DNA of 64,000 nt, from the NCBI RefSeq assembly GCF_963921235.1, contig NC_086109.1, forward strand, positions 4,156,001 through 4,220,000, in the 5' to 3' direction. The notes under the pieces are model-generated. The model did no database searches, was not told the origin of the DNA, and saw nothing but the letters and a program-made list of their open reading frames with translations. A program made the position numbers and the translations under genes. Position 1 is the first letter of the stretch. Every line of letters begins with the position of its first letter. This stretch comes from Mobula hypostoma. Its lineage: Eukaryota. This document shows positions 36,482-47,880 of this stretch, piece by piece.

Positions 36482-36730
36482 CCCGCTGTTAGACTGCGCC
36501 CTTCCTTCACGCACCGACACCTCCCTGTCGTAGGCATCATCGCGGCCCGCACCGTCTAGCTTCTTCAAGTTTCTCCACCAACTCGCTGATGGGGCAGACC
36601 TGCAGTACTTTAAGTTCCTAATGTCCAGCAGGGTCTTGCGATTCTCAAACAAAATACATTTAAAAAGGACGATAACACCTTTGGTTGACCCTGCAGAAGT
36701 CACCGCGTCCAAGCGCGCCACCATCTTACC
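36482..36730 (-). mobile_element. Probable 5' end of a Rex1-type or non-autonomous LINE derivative
   Basis: Starts AAGATGGTGGCGCG (cf. AAGATGGTGACGCG at ~57173), CpG-rich, ..NRKTLLDIR resembles Rex1-type N-termini. Confidence 0.45.
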
Positions 36731-37049
36731 ACGAGCAAGGTGCATGTGTTGGGACCAGCTTATGTTCATGATGTAGAGAAACGGGTTGCCAGGTTTGCCT
36801 GGGACATGGAATTCGACAGAGAACATATTATAGAGGGGATATCAAGTCTCTGCAGAAGGACAAGTTGGGTGACCGGATGAAAGTTTAGCAGATGGAGATG
36901 AATGTGTAGAAAGAATTGGCTTCCTGAACTCGCTGGTGACTTTCACTTATCAGAACCCTAAGAGAGGGAAATTTATAAATTGTTAGTTAATTTGACAATT
37001 TAACTAATTGACTGCAGCCATTAAAAAGATATTAATCCCCTAGGATGGG

Positions 37050-37235
37050 GATATATTCTGCCCCCTGAGGCAGGGACAGTTAAATCCTGTTGGGCCCTGG
37101 TGAACTTTCTAATTAAAACAGGTTTGGGAGACAGGACCTGACCAGCGTCCGGGCTTCCTTCATTCTCCATGACGGTAGGCGGTGGTAATGCACCTTCCTG
37201 ATGGGTGCAAGCCACCAGCAGCACAAAAGAAGAAG
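37050..37235 (+). mobile_element. Nimb/I-clade LINE extreme 3' end
   Basis: ALVNFLIKTGLGDR, then CTCCATGACGGTAGGCGGTGGTAATGCACC and (GAA)n tail; paralogous to 38935-39095. Confidence 0.75.
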
Positions 37236-37314
37236 GACGGGGATCTGCTTTCTCTGTATGGGGGTTCGCTGTGTAGGGTCCCCCGCGTTTAAGTATTTGG
37301 AGCTATGGCTGACG

Positions 37315-37570
37315 TGGAGAACACATATGAAGGTAAGGGGGGGACGTGAGGGGTAAGCTTTTTACTCAGAGAATGGTGGATACCTGGAATGCGCAGCCTG
37401 GTATGGTGTTAGAGGCAGATACATAAGAGATGTTTGGGTAGGATATAAGGAAGATGGAGGGATATGGACATGGTGAAGGTAGGAGAGATTAGTGTTTGGG
37501 TGTTTTTGATTTGCTTTTTAGCTGGTTCAGCACAATGTTGTGGGCCGAATGGCCTGTTTCTCTGCTGTAT
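37315..37570 (+). mobile_element. CR1 3' end
   Basis: RGDVRGKLFTQRMV..WN, tail TGTGGGCCGAATGGCCTGTT. Confidence 0.85.
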
Positions 37571-37571
37571 A

Positions 37572-39095
37572 TAAAGTTATTGAAGGATAAATGTAGGCAG
37601 GTCACTAACTTTGAGTTGTGCGGCTGGGTAGGACTGGGGCACTTCTAGGGGTGTTCTATTGTCAATTTATCGCACCTTAATACTCTCCTGTCTGGATTAC
37701 AGTTGTATGATTTATGGGGAGGCACCACTTTCAGTTTTATATAGGTTTAGATGTCCCACAGGCCAGGGCACTTAGAATCTGTGGTGGAGCATTCTGGACC
37801 ACACCAAGGGGCATTGGGGGTTAAACTCGGCAAGTTGTTTCTTGACCTGTGAGTGAAAAATTGAGTTTTGCCCACTGGACTTCCTGGGCAGAGTGGGAGA
37901 GCGTCCCACTTGACGTGTTCAGTTTTAATACATTGTCGGGAAGATACCAGCAGGGTTGGTAAATGTTCTGGGCGGATAATTAGAGAATATGTGTGGGAGT
38001 ATGGCACTTAGGGATTTGCAGATTACCCCTAGTGTGGCCTGGCCAGGAGTTCTGCAGTGGAAATTTCCAGATGTAGGAATAGATTTGAGATTACTGGAGG
38101 ATAGACAGGGTGTTGTGGGTGGTGAGAGGGTGTCTGGTCAGTTACAGCAGCAGTTATTTTTCCCTTTTGCCATCTTTACAGACCCAGTTAGTAACCAGGT
38201 GGGCTCAGGGATGTTTATCCCCTGGTTTAGTATTGAGGCGGAGAAAAGGCTGACAGATGGGTTGTCTGTCTGTACAGCGGAATTTACGGCTCCTATCGTT
38301 AGTTTGCAATGGGTGGAACAAGTTAAGCCAAACAGAGTCGTGATCTGCTCGACTCTGCCTCAGTACTGCAGAGTTTGGAATCAAAGTGTTCAAGGAGACC
38401 TGATCTATTAATAGACATGTATCATGATCTAGTTGTGCTGGCGAGTGTGGGAATAGTCGTTCAGTTTTCTTGAGTACCAGCACATGTGGGTGTATCGGGC
38501 AAGGAAAGGGCAGATGTTATAACAAAGCAGGCACTGACTAAGTCAGAGGTAGATATTATAGTTAATATGTGAAAGTGTGAAGCCAACTCCTGTAGTAAGT
38601 TGGCTGGGATTGGGAAATGGCAGAAACTGTGGGATAGGAGTGGGACAGGGAGGTGTTATTACCGTTTGTTTCTATCAGTCCAGGAGAGGCACTTTTTGGG
38701 AGGGAATAGGAGGGAAGATGTGTGGTTGGCGAGACTGGCGGGTTTGCAGTCCACTCTGGGCACCTGTTGCCATGAATGGGAACGGCTAGTGTGATTTCTG
38801 TAAGGTCCCAGAGACGGTGGAACATGCAAGTATGCTGTGCCTTAGACATTCGTTGGAATGTGGGAAGCTTCCAGGCACTTATTTGGTAGATCTGGGGTGT
38901 CCAGTTTGCCGGTTATTCCAGCATCTGAGGCAGAGGCAGTTAAATCCTGCAGGACACTGATGAACTTTTTAATCAGTACAGGTTTGGGAGGCGGGATCTG
39001 ATCCCCGTCACGGCTTCCTTCATACTCCGTGACACTAGGTGCTGGTCATGCACCTTCCTGATAGGCGCAAGTCAGCGTTAGAGCAGAAGAAGAGT
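37572..39095 (+). mobile_element. Decayed Nimb/I-clade LINE ORF2 3' half (RT thumb + RNase H + C-terminus)
   Basis: DWG..R..LLSIYRTLILS.LDY..IYG; ALRICGGAF.TTP; RNase H IFTD..KRLTDGLSV.TAE..LQWVEQVKP.RVVICS/DS, F.*VPAHVGV.G.ERAD; WQKLWD..GR.YY; LMNFLISTGL; (GAA)n tail. Confidence 0.88.
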
Positions 39096-39339
39096 GGATG
39101 GGAATCCAAAACTAGAGAGGATATGTAAAAGTTCAGAGGGAAGAAATTAAAGAGACCCGAGGGGTAACTTCTTCAGAGAGGAGTGAGCTGCCAGAGGAAG
39201 GGGCCGAGCAGCTTTTAGGGGCCATTTGGATAGGTATGTGGTGAGGAGGGTTATGGCTGAACACAGGCAACTGGGACTGGCTGGAGGAATGTTGTGATCT
39301 CCACCACAGACAGGTGAGAGTGCTGAACTATCAGAGATT

Positions 39340-40015
39340 GGAGACTATGAAGATCCCCAGGGGGTAGGTGTGTGGCAGACATGTGACGTGGGTGGCAGAT
39401 GCTGTGGAAGGGAAGGGCAGGCCTGGTGGGGACAGGTTTGCAGAGGATGTGATTGGGCGGCGTGCGTGGAGAAGGGAAGGCAGGTGTGGGATGGGGAAAG
39501 GAGGAGTGAAGCAGGTAAAAGCAACAGGGTTGGACGGACATGTAAGGTGAGGGATGGAGCAGGGGATTTAGTGGTGATAGAGGAAGTGGGAGATGACGAA
39601 GGAGGAGAGGGTGTGGAATGAAGTAGAGGAGGGCTGGAGGGGAGGTGTGGGGCCAAGGGGAGAGGGTTGCAGGAGGCGGCGTCGGGGAGGTGTTGTGGGC
39701 TGAAAGAGAAGAGATGCAGGGGAGTGGTGAAGGAGGAAGGGGATGGGGTGATGTGGAGAGGAGGGTGTGGGAGGGAGTGGAGAAGTGGAGGGATGGAACG
39801 GGTAGGAGAGTGGGAGAGGTACAGGAGGCGTGGAGTGTGGAAAGGTAGAGAGGAGGGTGTGGGAGAGGTGTAAAATGGGAAGGATGGTGTAGGAGGGGAG
39901 GTGTGAGACGGCGAGGAGGGTGGTGGGTGTAGGAGGAGGGGAGGAAGGTGTAAGAAGGGTGGAGCGGAGGGTGCAGGACGGACGGAGGTGGGGGATTTGA
40001 GAAGGACAGGAGGGA
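39340..40015. repeat. G/purine-rich low-complexity tract upstream of promoter
   Basis: Dense GGAG/GGGA/GGTG runs with strong strand asymmetry and no fixed period. Confidence 0.85.
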
Positions 40016-40250
40016 ACAGCGGCACTTCCGCCAGTCTATCCCCCGCGGCCCCGGGTTTCCATGGCAGCCGCAGTGTTTCTGTTTTGAAAGTGCGTCACGG
40101 CCACGAGCCGCCGCAGGACTATTACCCCGCGTCATCGTGCGTCTGACGTCACTGGGCTGCGCGACTGTCTCAATTTTTTGAATGGGAGCGAGAGAGGGCG
40201 GAGTTCCGAGGGAAACAGGTGCGTGTTGGGTGCGGACAGGGACAGGTGAG
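40015..40250 (+). promoter_or_regulatory. CpG-island promoter and first exon of an unidentified + strand gene
   Basis: High CpG; ETS CACTTCCG 40023; RFX X-box-like GTTTCCATGGCAGC 40055-40068; TTTGAA (CHR-like) 40083 and 40177; TGCGTCA 40091; CRE TGACGTCA 40144; GC box 40196; donors CAG|GTGCGT (40218) and CAG|GTGAGT (40245). Confidence 0.75.
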
Positions 40251-42175
40251 TGTGTGTCTGTGGGGTCTGGTGAACAGATGTTGTAGGGCAGGTGAGAGTG
40301 TGTCTGCAGGGGGGAGGTCAAGCAGATTATATAGTTCAGGTGAGTGAGTGTAGGGGGAGGTCGAGCAGATGTAGGACAGCTGAGTGTGTGGCTGTGGGGT
40401 GTGGTGAGAGATGAAAAAGGGACAGGTGAGTGCGTGAAGGGGGTGGGCAGGTGTTAGAGGACAGGTGAGTGTGGGTTTGGACAGGTGAGTCCGGGCAGGT
40501 GTGACGGCAGTGCAGACAAAGGACCCATGCGAGGAGAGCAGAGTTCGGACAGGCGGGGCTGGTGGCCCTGACCTGTCTCCTTACACTTCAGGTACCACAT
40601 CTGGGCACCACAGCTCACAGTTCAAAGTAAATTTACTATCAAAGTACATCTATGTCACCAGATACAACCCTGAGATTAATTTTTCTGCGGACATACTCAG
40701 CAAATCTATAGAATAGTAACTATAACAGGATCAGTGAAAGATCAACCAGGGTGCAGGAGACAACACACCGTGCAAATATAAATATAAATAGCAATGTATA
40801 ACAAGAACGAGGTTCAAGTTCAAAGTAAATTTATTATCAAAGTGTGAATATATATACAACCCTGAAATCCATTTCCTTGCGGGCATAGTCAATAAATCCA
40901 TCATAGAATAATAATCCTAATAGAAACAATGAAAAATTGCACCTGTCACAATGAATCAATGGAACAGTACCTAGCTCACACACAGATGTGATGGGCAGAT
41001 CTCTGCCAGTGAGGTGTCGCCAGGCAGGAAGTAGATGGGGATTGGGGTGACAGTGGGTAGGAATTGGGGTGACCAGGGTAAATGTTATTGCACTGTTAGG
41101 ACGGTAGTTAATCACAGGTAGCTTCAGTCTTTGCACTTGCTTGGGGACATTGCCCGATGGGAGTAAGGGAACACTGTTGCTGGAACTCCCACGGTCATAC
41201 AGCTCTGGAGATGCTCTGAGGAGGATCTGCGGAAGGAACCATGTGGGGAGTGGTGGGAGTTTGCCATGGCTCACAGAAAGGGAACTGAATGGTAGATCGA
41301 CAGACCAAGTCCCCTGTCTCAGCAACTGGGCGTGCAGTGAATTTTTTTTTAAAAAAGCTGCAGATGCTGGAAACCTGAGGTAAAAACAGAGAATATTGGG
41401 AACACTTTGCAGGTCAAGCAGCATCTGTGGAGGGAGAGACAGTCAGCAAAATCAGTTCTCTTTGTCAGAACATTGAAGGAATTTTGGGCCAGTGGTTGAG
41501 CCACTGCCTCTGAGCACCAGTGACTGGGTTCGATTCTCATCTCTGGTGATGTCAAAGTACCTTTATTATCACAGTGTGTATGGAGTATATGAGATTCATC
41601 GTCCAACCGACAGCCACAAAACAAGGAAAACCCTGGAACCTTTCCAAAGCAAAACATCAAACTCCTCCCCAACCCCATGCATAAAAAAAACAAATCGAGC
41701 AAGCAGCAAAAAAGAGTGAAAAACACAGAATATACAACACACAATCGAAAGAGTCCAGGCATATTCAGTTCAGCTCAAGTTCAGTTCAATCCAGTGCTAC
41801 ATCACTCATGTCTCGGTGGAGTTTTCACCTTCTCCTTTCTTTGCTATCCTCCCTCATCCCACAGACATACGGGTTGGTAGGCTATTTGCCCCGCTGTAAA
41901 CTGTCCACAGTTTAGCCGAAATCCAGGATGGTTGGGAATGTGGGTGAATAAATAAGGAGATGAGTGTAAATAGGTGGAACTCGATGGGCCGAAGGGCCTG
42001 TTTTTGTGCTTGTGTTTCTTTGAATTTTGATTCTATGTTTTTCTGATTTACTTACGATCAAGCGGTGTTTTAATTGTCCTCACTATTTATACCAAACAAT
42101 ATTGACGTGCAAAATGAAACACCTAACCGAATAAAGGATGGCCTAAAGCCTTAAATCTGTCCTTCCTTCCCATAG

Positions 42176-42232
42176 ATTGTCTTCTGTGAGCTCAGGTTCG
42201 GTAATCTCACTGATCCAGGTGGATATTAAATG
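42176..42232 (+). other. Probable internal 57-bp exon (5'UTR exon ending in ATG, or non-coding exon)
   Basis: Acceptor TCTGTCCTTCCTTCCCATAG and donor ATG|GTGAGT within a small non-repetitive island 2 kb downstream of the promoter; ends TAA ATG. Confidence 0.55.
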
Positions 42233-42824
42233 GTGAGTTCATAAGAAAGAGTGCCAATTCTGTTCAAGTTGAAGTTTAATTGTCATTCAACCGTACATAT
42301 GAATACAGCCAAACAAAACAGCATTCCTCCAGGGCCTGAAGAAGAGTCTCACCCTGAAATGTCAACTGTTCACTCTTAGCCATAGATGCTGCCTGACCTG
42401 CTGAGTTCCTCCAGCATTTTGTGTGTGGTGCCAAGGTGCAAGACACAGTACCAACAGTCACAGACAGCACAAGGCACATATAGCATAAATACTATTGCAC
42501 ACAAGAAAATAAGTCCCTGTTCCTCCCCAAGCTTCATGTATATATCCTGGTTAGCAACCTGCATGCAGGGGTAGCAGTCTTTCTAGGATGGAAGTGAGAT
42601 CTCTTCGTGATTAGTGTCAACAGCAAGGCAGATGTAAACTCTGATAGCTACAGCACTCTCTTTCACTTCCAGCCGTACCACCTCCTCTCCGAGAAGGGCA
42701 TGACTGCAGGCAGCTTAGTTATGGGCTGAATCTAAATATAGGCTTGATCTAGATTCCTGTCAACCACAGGGAGTTCAAGCTTGATTTAAATATCTTGTTG
42801 TTCTGCTGGAGCTTCTATCTCACA

Positions 42825-45800
42825 TTACATGTCAATAGTTTGGGTGATGGTATTGGTGCCTTTGTGGCCAAGTTTGCAGATGGTACAAAGATAGGTGGAG
42901 GGGCAGGTAGTGTTGAGTTTAGAAAGCAGGGAGTTTGCAAAAGGACTCAGGCAGATCAGGAGAATGGGCAAAGAAGTGGCAGATGGAATACAGTGTCAGG
43001 AAGTGTATGGTGATGCACTTTGTTCAAAGGAATAAAGGGAAGATTATTTTGTAAATGGGGAGCAAATCCAGAAGTCTGGGCAAGTGATCATAAAATGATC
43101 AATTTGAGAAGGAGAAGCTAAAGTCAGATGTATCAGTATTACAGTGGAGTAAAAGAAATCACTGAGGCACGAGAGAGGAGTTGGTCAGAATTGATTGGAA
43201 AAGAACACTGGCAAGGATGACGGCAGAGCAGCAATGGCTGGAATTTCTGGAAGCAGTTCCGTAGGAACTGGATATATACATCCCAAAGAGGAGGAAGTAT
43301 TCTAAAGGAAAGATGACACAACCATGGCTAACAAGAGAAGGCAAAGCCAACATAAAAGCCAAAGAGGGGGCATATAATAGAGCAAAATTTTGTGGGTAGA
43401 GGATTAGGAAGCTTTTAAAAACCAACAGAAGGCAACTAAAACAGTCATTAAGAAGGTAAAAATGGAATACAAAAGTAAGCTAGCCAATGATATTAAAGGG
43501 GATACCAAAAGTTTCTTCTGATACATAAAGTGTAAAAGAGAGGGGAGAGTGGATATTGGACCGCTGGAAAGGTAGTAATGGGGGTCAATGAAATATCAGA
43601 CCAACTGAATAAATATTTTGCATTAATCTTCATGGTGGAAGTTCCAGGTGTCAGGGGGCATGAAGTGTGTGAAGTTACCATAACTAGACAGAAGGTTCTT
43701 CGGAAACTGAAAGGTCTGAAGGTAGATGGTCACCTGGACCAGATGGTGTACACCCAGAGTTCTGAATGAGGTGGCTGAAGAGATCATGGAGGCATTAGTA
43801 ATGATCTTTCAGGAATCACTAGATTGTGGAATGCTGCCAGAAGACTGGAAAATTGCAAATGTCACTGCACTCTTCAAGAAAGGAGAGAGACAGAAGGAAG
43901 AAATTATGGGCCAGTTTGTCTGACCTCAGTTGGTGGGAAGATGTTGGAGTCAATTATTAAGGATGGGGTCTCAGGGTACTTGGAAGGTTGTAGTCAGCAT
44001 GGTTTCCTCAAGGGAAAATCTTCCCTGACAAATCTGTTGGAATTCTTTGAAGAGATAACAGGCAGGATAGATGAAGGAAAATCGATTGATGTTGTGTACA
44101 CGGAATTTCATAAGGCCTTTGATAAGGCACAACACAAGCTATGAGCCGATGGTATTACAGAGAAGATTCTAGCATGGACAAAGCTGTGGCTGATTGGCGG
44201 GAGGCAAAGAGTGGGGATAAAGGGAGCCTTTTCTGACTGGCTGCCAGTGACTAGGGTGTTCCACGGGGGTCTGTGATAGGACCTATTCTTTTTGTGCTAC
44301 ATGTTAATGATTTGGATGATGGAATTGATGGCTTTGTTGCAAAATTTGCAGATGATATGAAGATAAGTGGAGGGACAGGTAGTTTGGAGGAAGTAAAGAG
44401 GCTACAGAAGGACTTAGACAGATGGGCAAAGAAGTGGCTGGTGGAATAGAGTGTCGGCAAGTGTATGGTCATGCACTTCGGTGGAAGAAGAAGGGTTAAC
44501 AATTTTGTAAATAGAGAGAAAATACAATGTAAAGGGGTTTCGATTTTTATGTTACTGCGGAGGCTAATTAAAATGGCGTCTTTGTTATGTTAATCTGGGG
44601 AATGCGGCTTTGTTGTGTTAAACGCTGAGAAAGTTTGCGCTAGCAGCTTGTTGTGGTTTAGAGGGTGATAAGAAATACGTTATTAACCAATTGGGATAGT
44701 TGTTATGGTTTTGGTGTATTTGAAGATACTGTATGCGCGGGGTTTTGGGGCAGAAGGCGGGAGAGCGAGACAGAGGATGGACGAGGTGCTGTGAGCCCGC
44801 TAACGGGGGTCGGACCCCGAGCGGGACGGTCGGTGAGGAGATGGACTCATGTGGAGCGTCTGGTCGACCACCGTTGTTGGTCCCAGGCAGCCGGTCGAGG
44901 TGGTCCGAGGGGGTCGCAGGGTGAAGAAGAAGGTTCTTGAGCTCCAACTGTTTTTGTGCACGAAGAGATTGAACTTCCATAAGTGTGGCACCTTTTATTT
45001 TCCTTTTATATTTTATTCTCTTTTAATTATATAGTTCCAGTAATATCTATAAACTGTAAATCATTTAATTGCATCTGGTGTATTGTCTGTTATTTGGGCA
45101 GGGTGGGGTACCTCATACAGCATCCACACAAACGAATTATCCAGTTTGGCGAGGCCGAGGCTGTTTCCCTAGACGATAGCGAGCCGAGCGACCCTGAGGG
45201 TGGCCAGGGGGGCTACAACAAAAATCTGAGATGCAAAGGGATTTGGGAATCCTTGTGCAGGATTCCCTAAAGGTTAAATTGCAATTTGAGTCTGTGGTGA
45301 GGAAGGCAAATGCAAGTTAGCATTCATTATAAGGGGACTAGAATATGATAGCAAAGATGTAATATTGAGACTTTATAAAGCACTGGTGAGACCTCACTCG
45401 GATGATTGTGAGCAGTTTTGGGCCCCTTATCCTAGAAAGGATGTGCTGAAACTGGAGAGGGTTCAAAGGAGGTTCATGAAAATGATTCCAGGATTAAATG
45501 GCTTGTCATATGAAGAGTGTTTGATGGCTCTGGGCCTGTATTCACTGGAAGTCAGAAGAATAGGGGAGACCTCATTGAAACCTATCGAATGGTGACAGGC
45601 CTTGATAGAGTGGATGTGGAGAGGATGTTTCCTTGTTGAAGAGTCTTAAGACCAGCCTCAGAATAGGGGGCGTCCTTTTAGAATGGACATGAGGAGGAAA
45701 TTCTTTAGCCAGATGGTGGTGAATCTGTGGAATTCTTTGCCACAGGCAGCTGTAGAGGCCAGGTCTTTATGTATATTTAAGGCAGAGATTGATATACTCT

Positions 45801-45940
45801 TGATTGGTCAGGGCATGAAGGGATATGGGGAGAAGGCAGGAGATTGGGGCTGAAAGGAAAATTGGATCAGCCATGATGAAATGGTGGAGCAGACCTGATG
45901 GGCCAAATGGCCTGATTCTGCTCCTGTATCTTATGGTCTA
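42825..45940 (+). mobile_element. CR1 LINE ORF2 remnants (short RT fragment, then long copy), split by solo LTR
   Basis: AKFADGTKIGG; QPWLT; EDWKIANVT.LFK; SQHGFLKGKS.LTNLLEFFEE; VPRGSV.GP; YKALVRPH; CR1 tail at ~45900-45940. Confidence 0.92.
44528..45217. mobile_element. Solo LTR (690 bp; Gypsy/ERV-like, 4-bp TSD)
   Basis: TGTA...TACA termini, TSD ACAA at 44524-44527 and 45218-45221; removal restores CR1 GAGAAAATACAAAAATCTGAGATGCAAAGGG. Confidence 0.88.
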
Positions 45941-47300
45941 AGTCAGAGATGCAATGGGAGTCCTCGTGTAGGATTCCCTAAAGGTTATCTTGCAGATTGA
46001 GTCAGTGGCAAGGAAGCCAAATGTAATGTTAGCATTCATTTCAAGAGGACTAGACTATAAAAGCAAGGATGTATAAGGCATTTGTTGGACCACACTTAGA
46101 ATATTGTGAACAGTTCTGGGCCACTTGACAGAGAAAGGATGTGTTGGCAATGAAGTGAGTTCAGAGAAGCATCACGAAAAATATCCTGGGGATGAAAGGG
46201 TTAACATATGACAAGCATTTGATGGTTCTGGGCCTGTACTCGCTGACTCATAGAAGAATGAGGGGAGATTTCAGTGAAATTTATTGAATATTGAAAGGCC
46301 TAAACAGAGTGGATGTGGAGAGGATGTTTCCTACACTGGGGGAGTCTAGGACCAGAGGGCATAGATAGAGTGGACATGGAGAGGATGTTTCCTACAGTGG
46401 GGGAGTCTAGGACCAGCGGACACAGATAGAGTGGATGTGGAGAGGATGTTTCCTACAGTGGAGGTGTCTAGTACCAGAGGGCACAGATAGAGTGGATGTG
46501 GAGAGGATGTTTCCTACAGTGGGGGAGTCTAGGACCAGAGGACACAGATAGAGTGGATGTGGAGAGGATGTTTCCTACAGTGGGGGAGTCTAGGACCAGA
46601 GGGCACAGATAGAGTGGATGTGGAGAGGATGTTTCCTATAGTGGGGGAGTCTTGGACCAGAGGGCACAGATAGAGTGGATGCGGAGAGGATGCTTCCTAT
46701 AGTGGGGGAGTCTAGGACCAGAGGGCACAGATAGAGTGGATGTGGAGAGGATGTTTCCTATAGTGGGGGAGTCTAGGACCAGAGGGCACAGATAGAGTGG
46801 ACGTGGAGAGGATGTTTCCTACAGTGGGGGAGTCTAGGACCAGAGGGCACAGATAGAGTGGATGTGCAGAGGATGTTTCCTACAGTGGGGGGGTCTAGGA
46901 CCAGAGGGCACAGATAGAGTGGACGTGGAGAGGATGTTTCCTACAGTGGGGGAATCTAGGACCAGAGGGCACAGACAGAGTGGATGTGGAGAGGATGTTT
47001 CCTATAGTGGGGGAGTCTAGGACTGAGCCTCAAAATAGAAGCACGTCCATTTAAAACAGAGATGAGGAGGAATTTCTTCAGCCAGAAGGTGCTGAGTCTG
47101 TGGAATTCACTGCCACAGACGGATGTGGAGATCAATTCATTGAGTATATTTAGAACAGAGGTTGATAAGGCCATCAAAAGTTATGGGGAGAAGGCAGGAG
47201 AATGGAGTTGAGAGGGATAGTAAATCAGACATGATGGAATGGTGGAGCAGTCACGATGGGCCAAGTGGCCCCATTCTGCTTGTAGACTTATGGTCTTGTC
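45940..47300 (+). mobile_element. CR1 3' fragment containing 61-bp tandem array
   Basis: LAFISRGLDYK..PHLEYCEQFW, then after the array LKIE.RPFKTEMRRNFFSQKV..LWNSLP and tail. Confidence 0.9.
46305..47022. repeat. 61-bp minisatellite, ~11.7 units, CR1-derived
   Basis: Unit GATAGAGTGGATGTGGAGAGGATGTTTCCTACAGTGGGGGAGTCTAGGACCAGAGGGCACA; single-copy equivalent at ~52862-52921. Confidence 0.97.
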
Positions 47301-47394
47301 TACAACAGTAAAGGGAAGATCTATTGTCCAACATACCACAACATCTGTACAGATGGCATGCAACACAAAGTTTTCACTATACATCAGCATCATA

Positions 47395-47880
47395 GTGTAT
47401 GGGTGGATAAAAGGGCCTATGGCATTTTCATCTTCACTGGTCAAGGTTTTGAGTTCAAGGTCAGGAAGTTATGTTACAACTTTACAACACTTTTAGCTAG
47501 GCTGCACCTGGAGTATTGTATTCAATGCTGGTCGCCCCATTATAGGAAGGGCGTCGAGGCTTTGGAGAGTGTTCAGAAGAGATTTACTAGGATGCTGTCT
47601 GGTTCAGAGGCCATGTGCTATAATGAGAGGGTGGACAAACCTGGGTTGTTTTCTCTGGAGCAGCTGAGGCTGAGCGGAGATCTGATAGAGGTTTAGAAGT
47701 TCAAAGTAAGTTTATTATCAGAGTATGTATATGTTACCATCTAATACCCTGAGGTGGCAGGTGATAATTTCAAAGGAGATGTGAGGGGCAAGTTTGTTTT
47801 AGAGTGGTGGGTGCCTGGAATGCACTCACTGTGGTGGTGGTGGTGGCAAGAACATTTGGGACTTTTAAGAAACACTTGTT
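47395..47880 (+). mobile_element. CR1 3' fragment
   Basis: LHLEYCIQCWSPHYRKGVEALESVQKRFTRML. Confidence 0.85.

Noticed and set aside
37050..39095. Endogenous retrovirus (direct repeats flanking RNase H or env-like ORFs)
   Set aside because: The repeats are LINE 3' ends with (GAA)n tails and have no TG..CA or PBS; the motifs match Nimb/I-clade ORF2.
39251..40321. 356-aa Pro/His/Ser-rich ORF
   Set aside because: Product of the C-rich strand of a low-complexity tract and CpG island, which is depleted in stops.
42673..42729. Possible coding exon after acceptor CTCTCTTTCACTTCCAG (PYHLLSEKGMTAGSLVMG*)
   Set aside because: In frame with the upstream ATG it stops after 18 codons and has no good donor; not supportable without RNA data.
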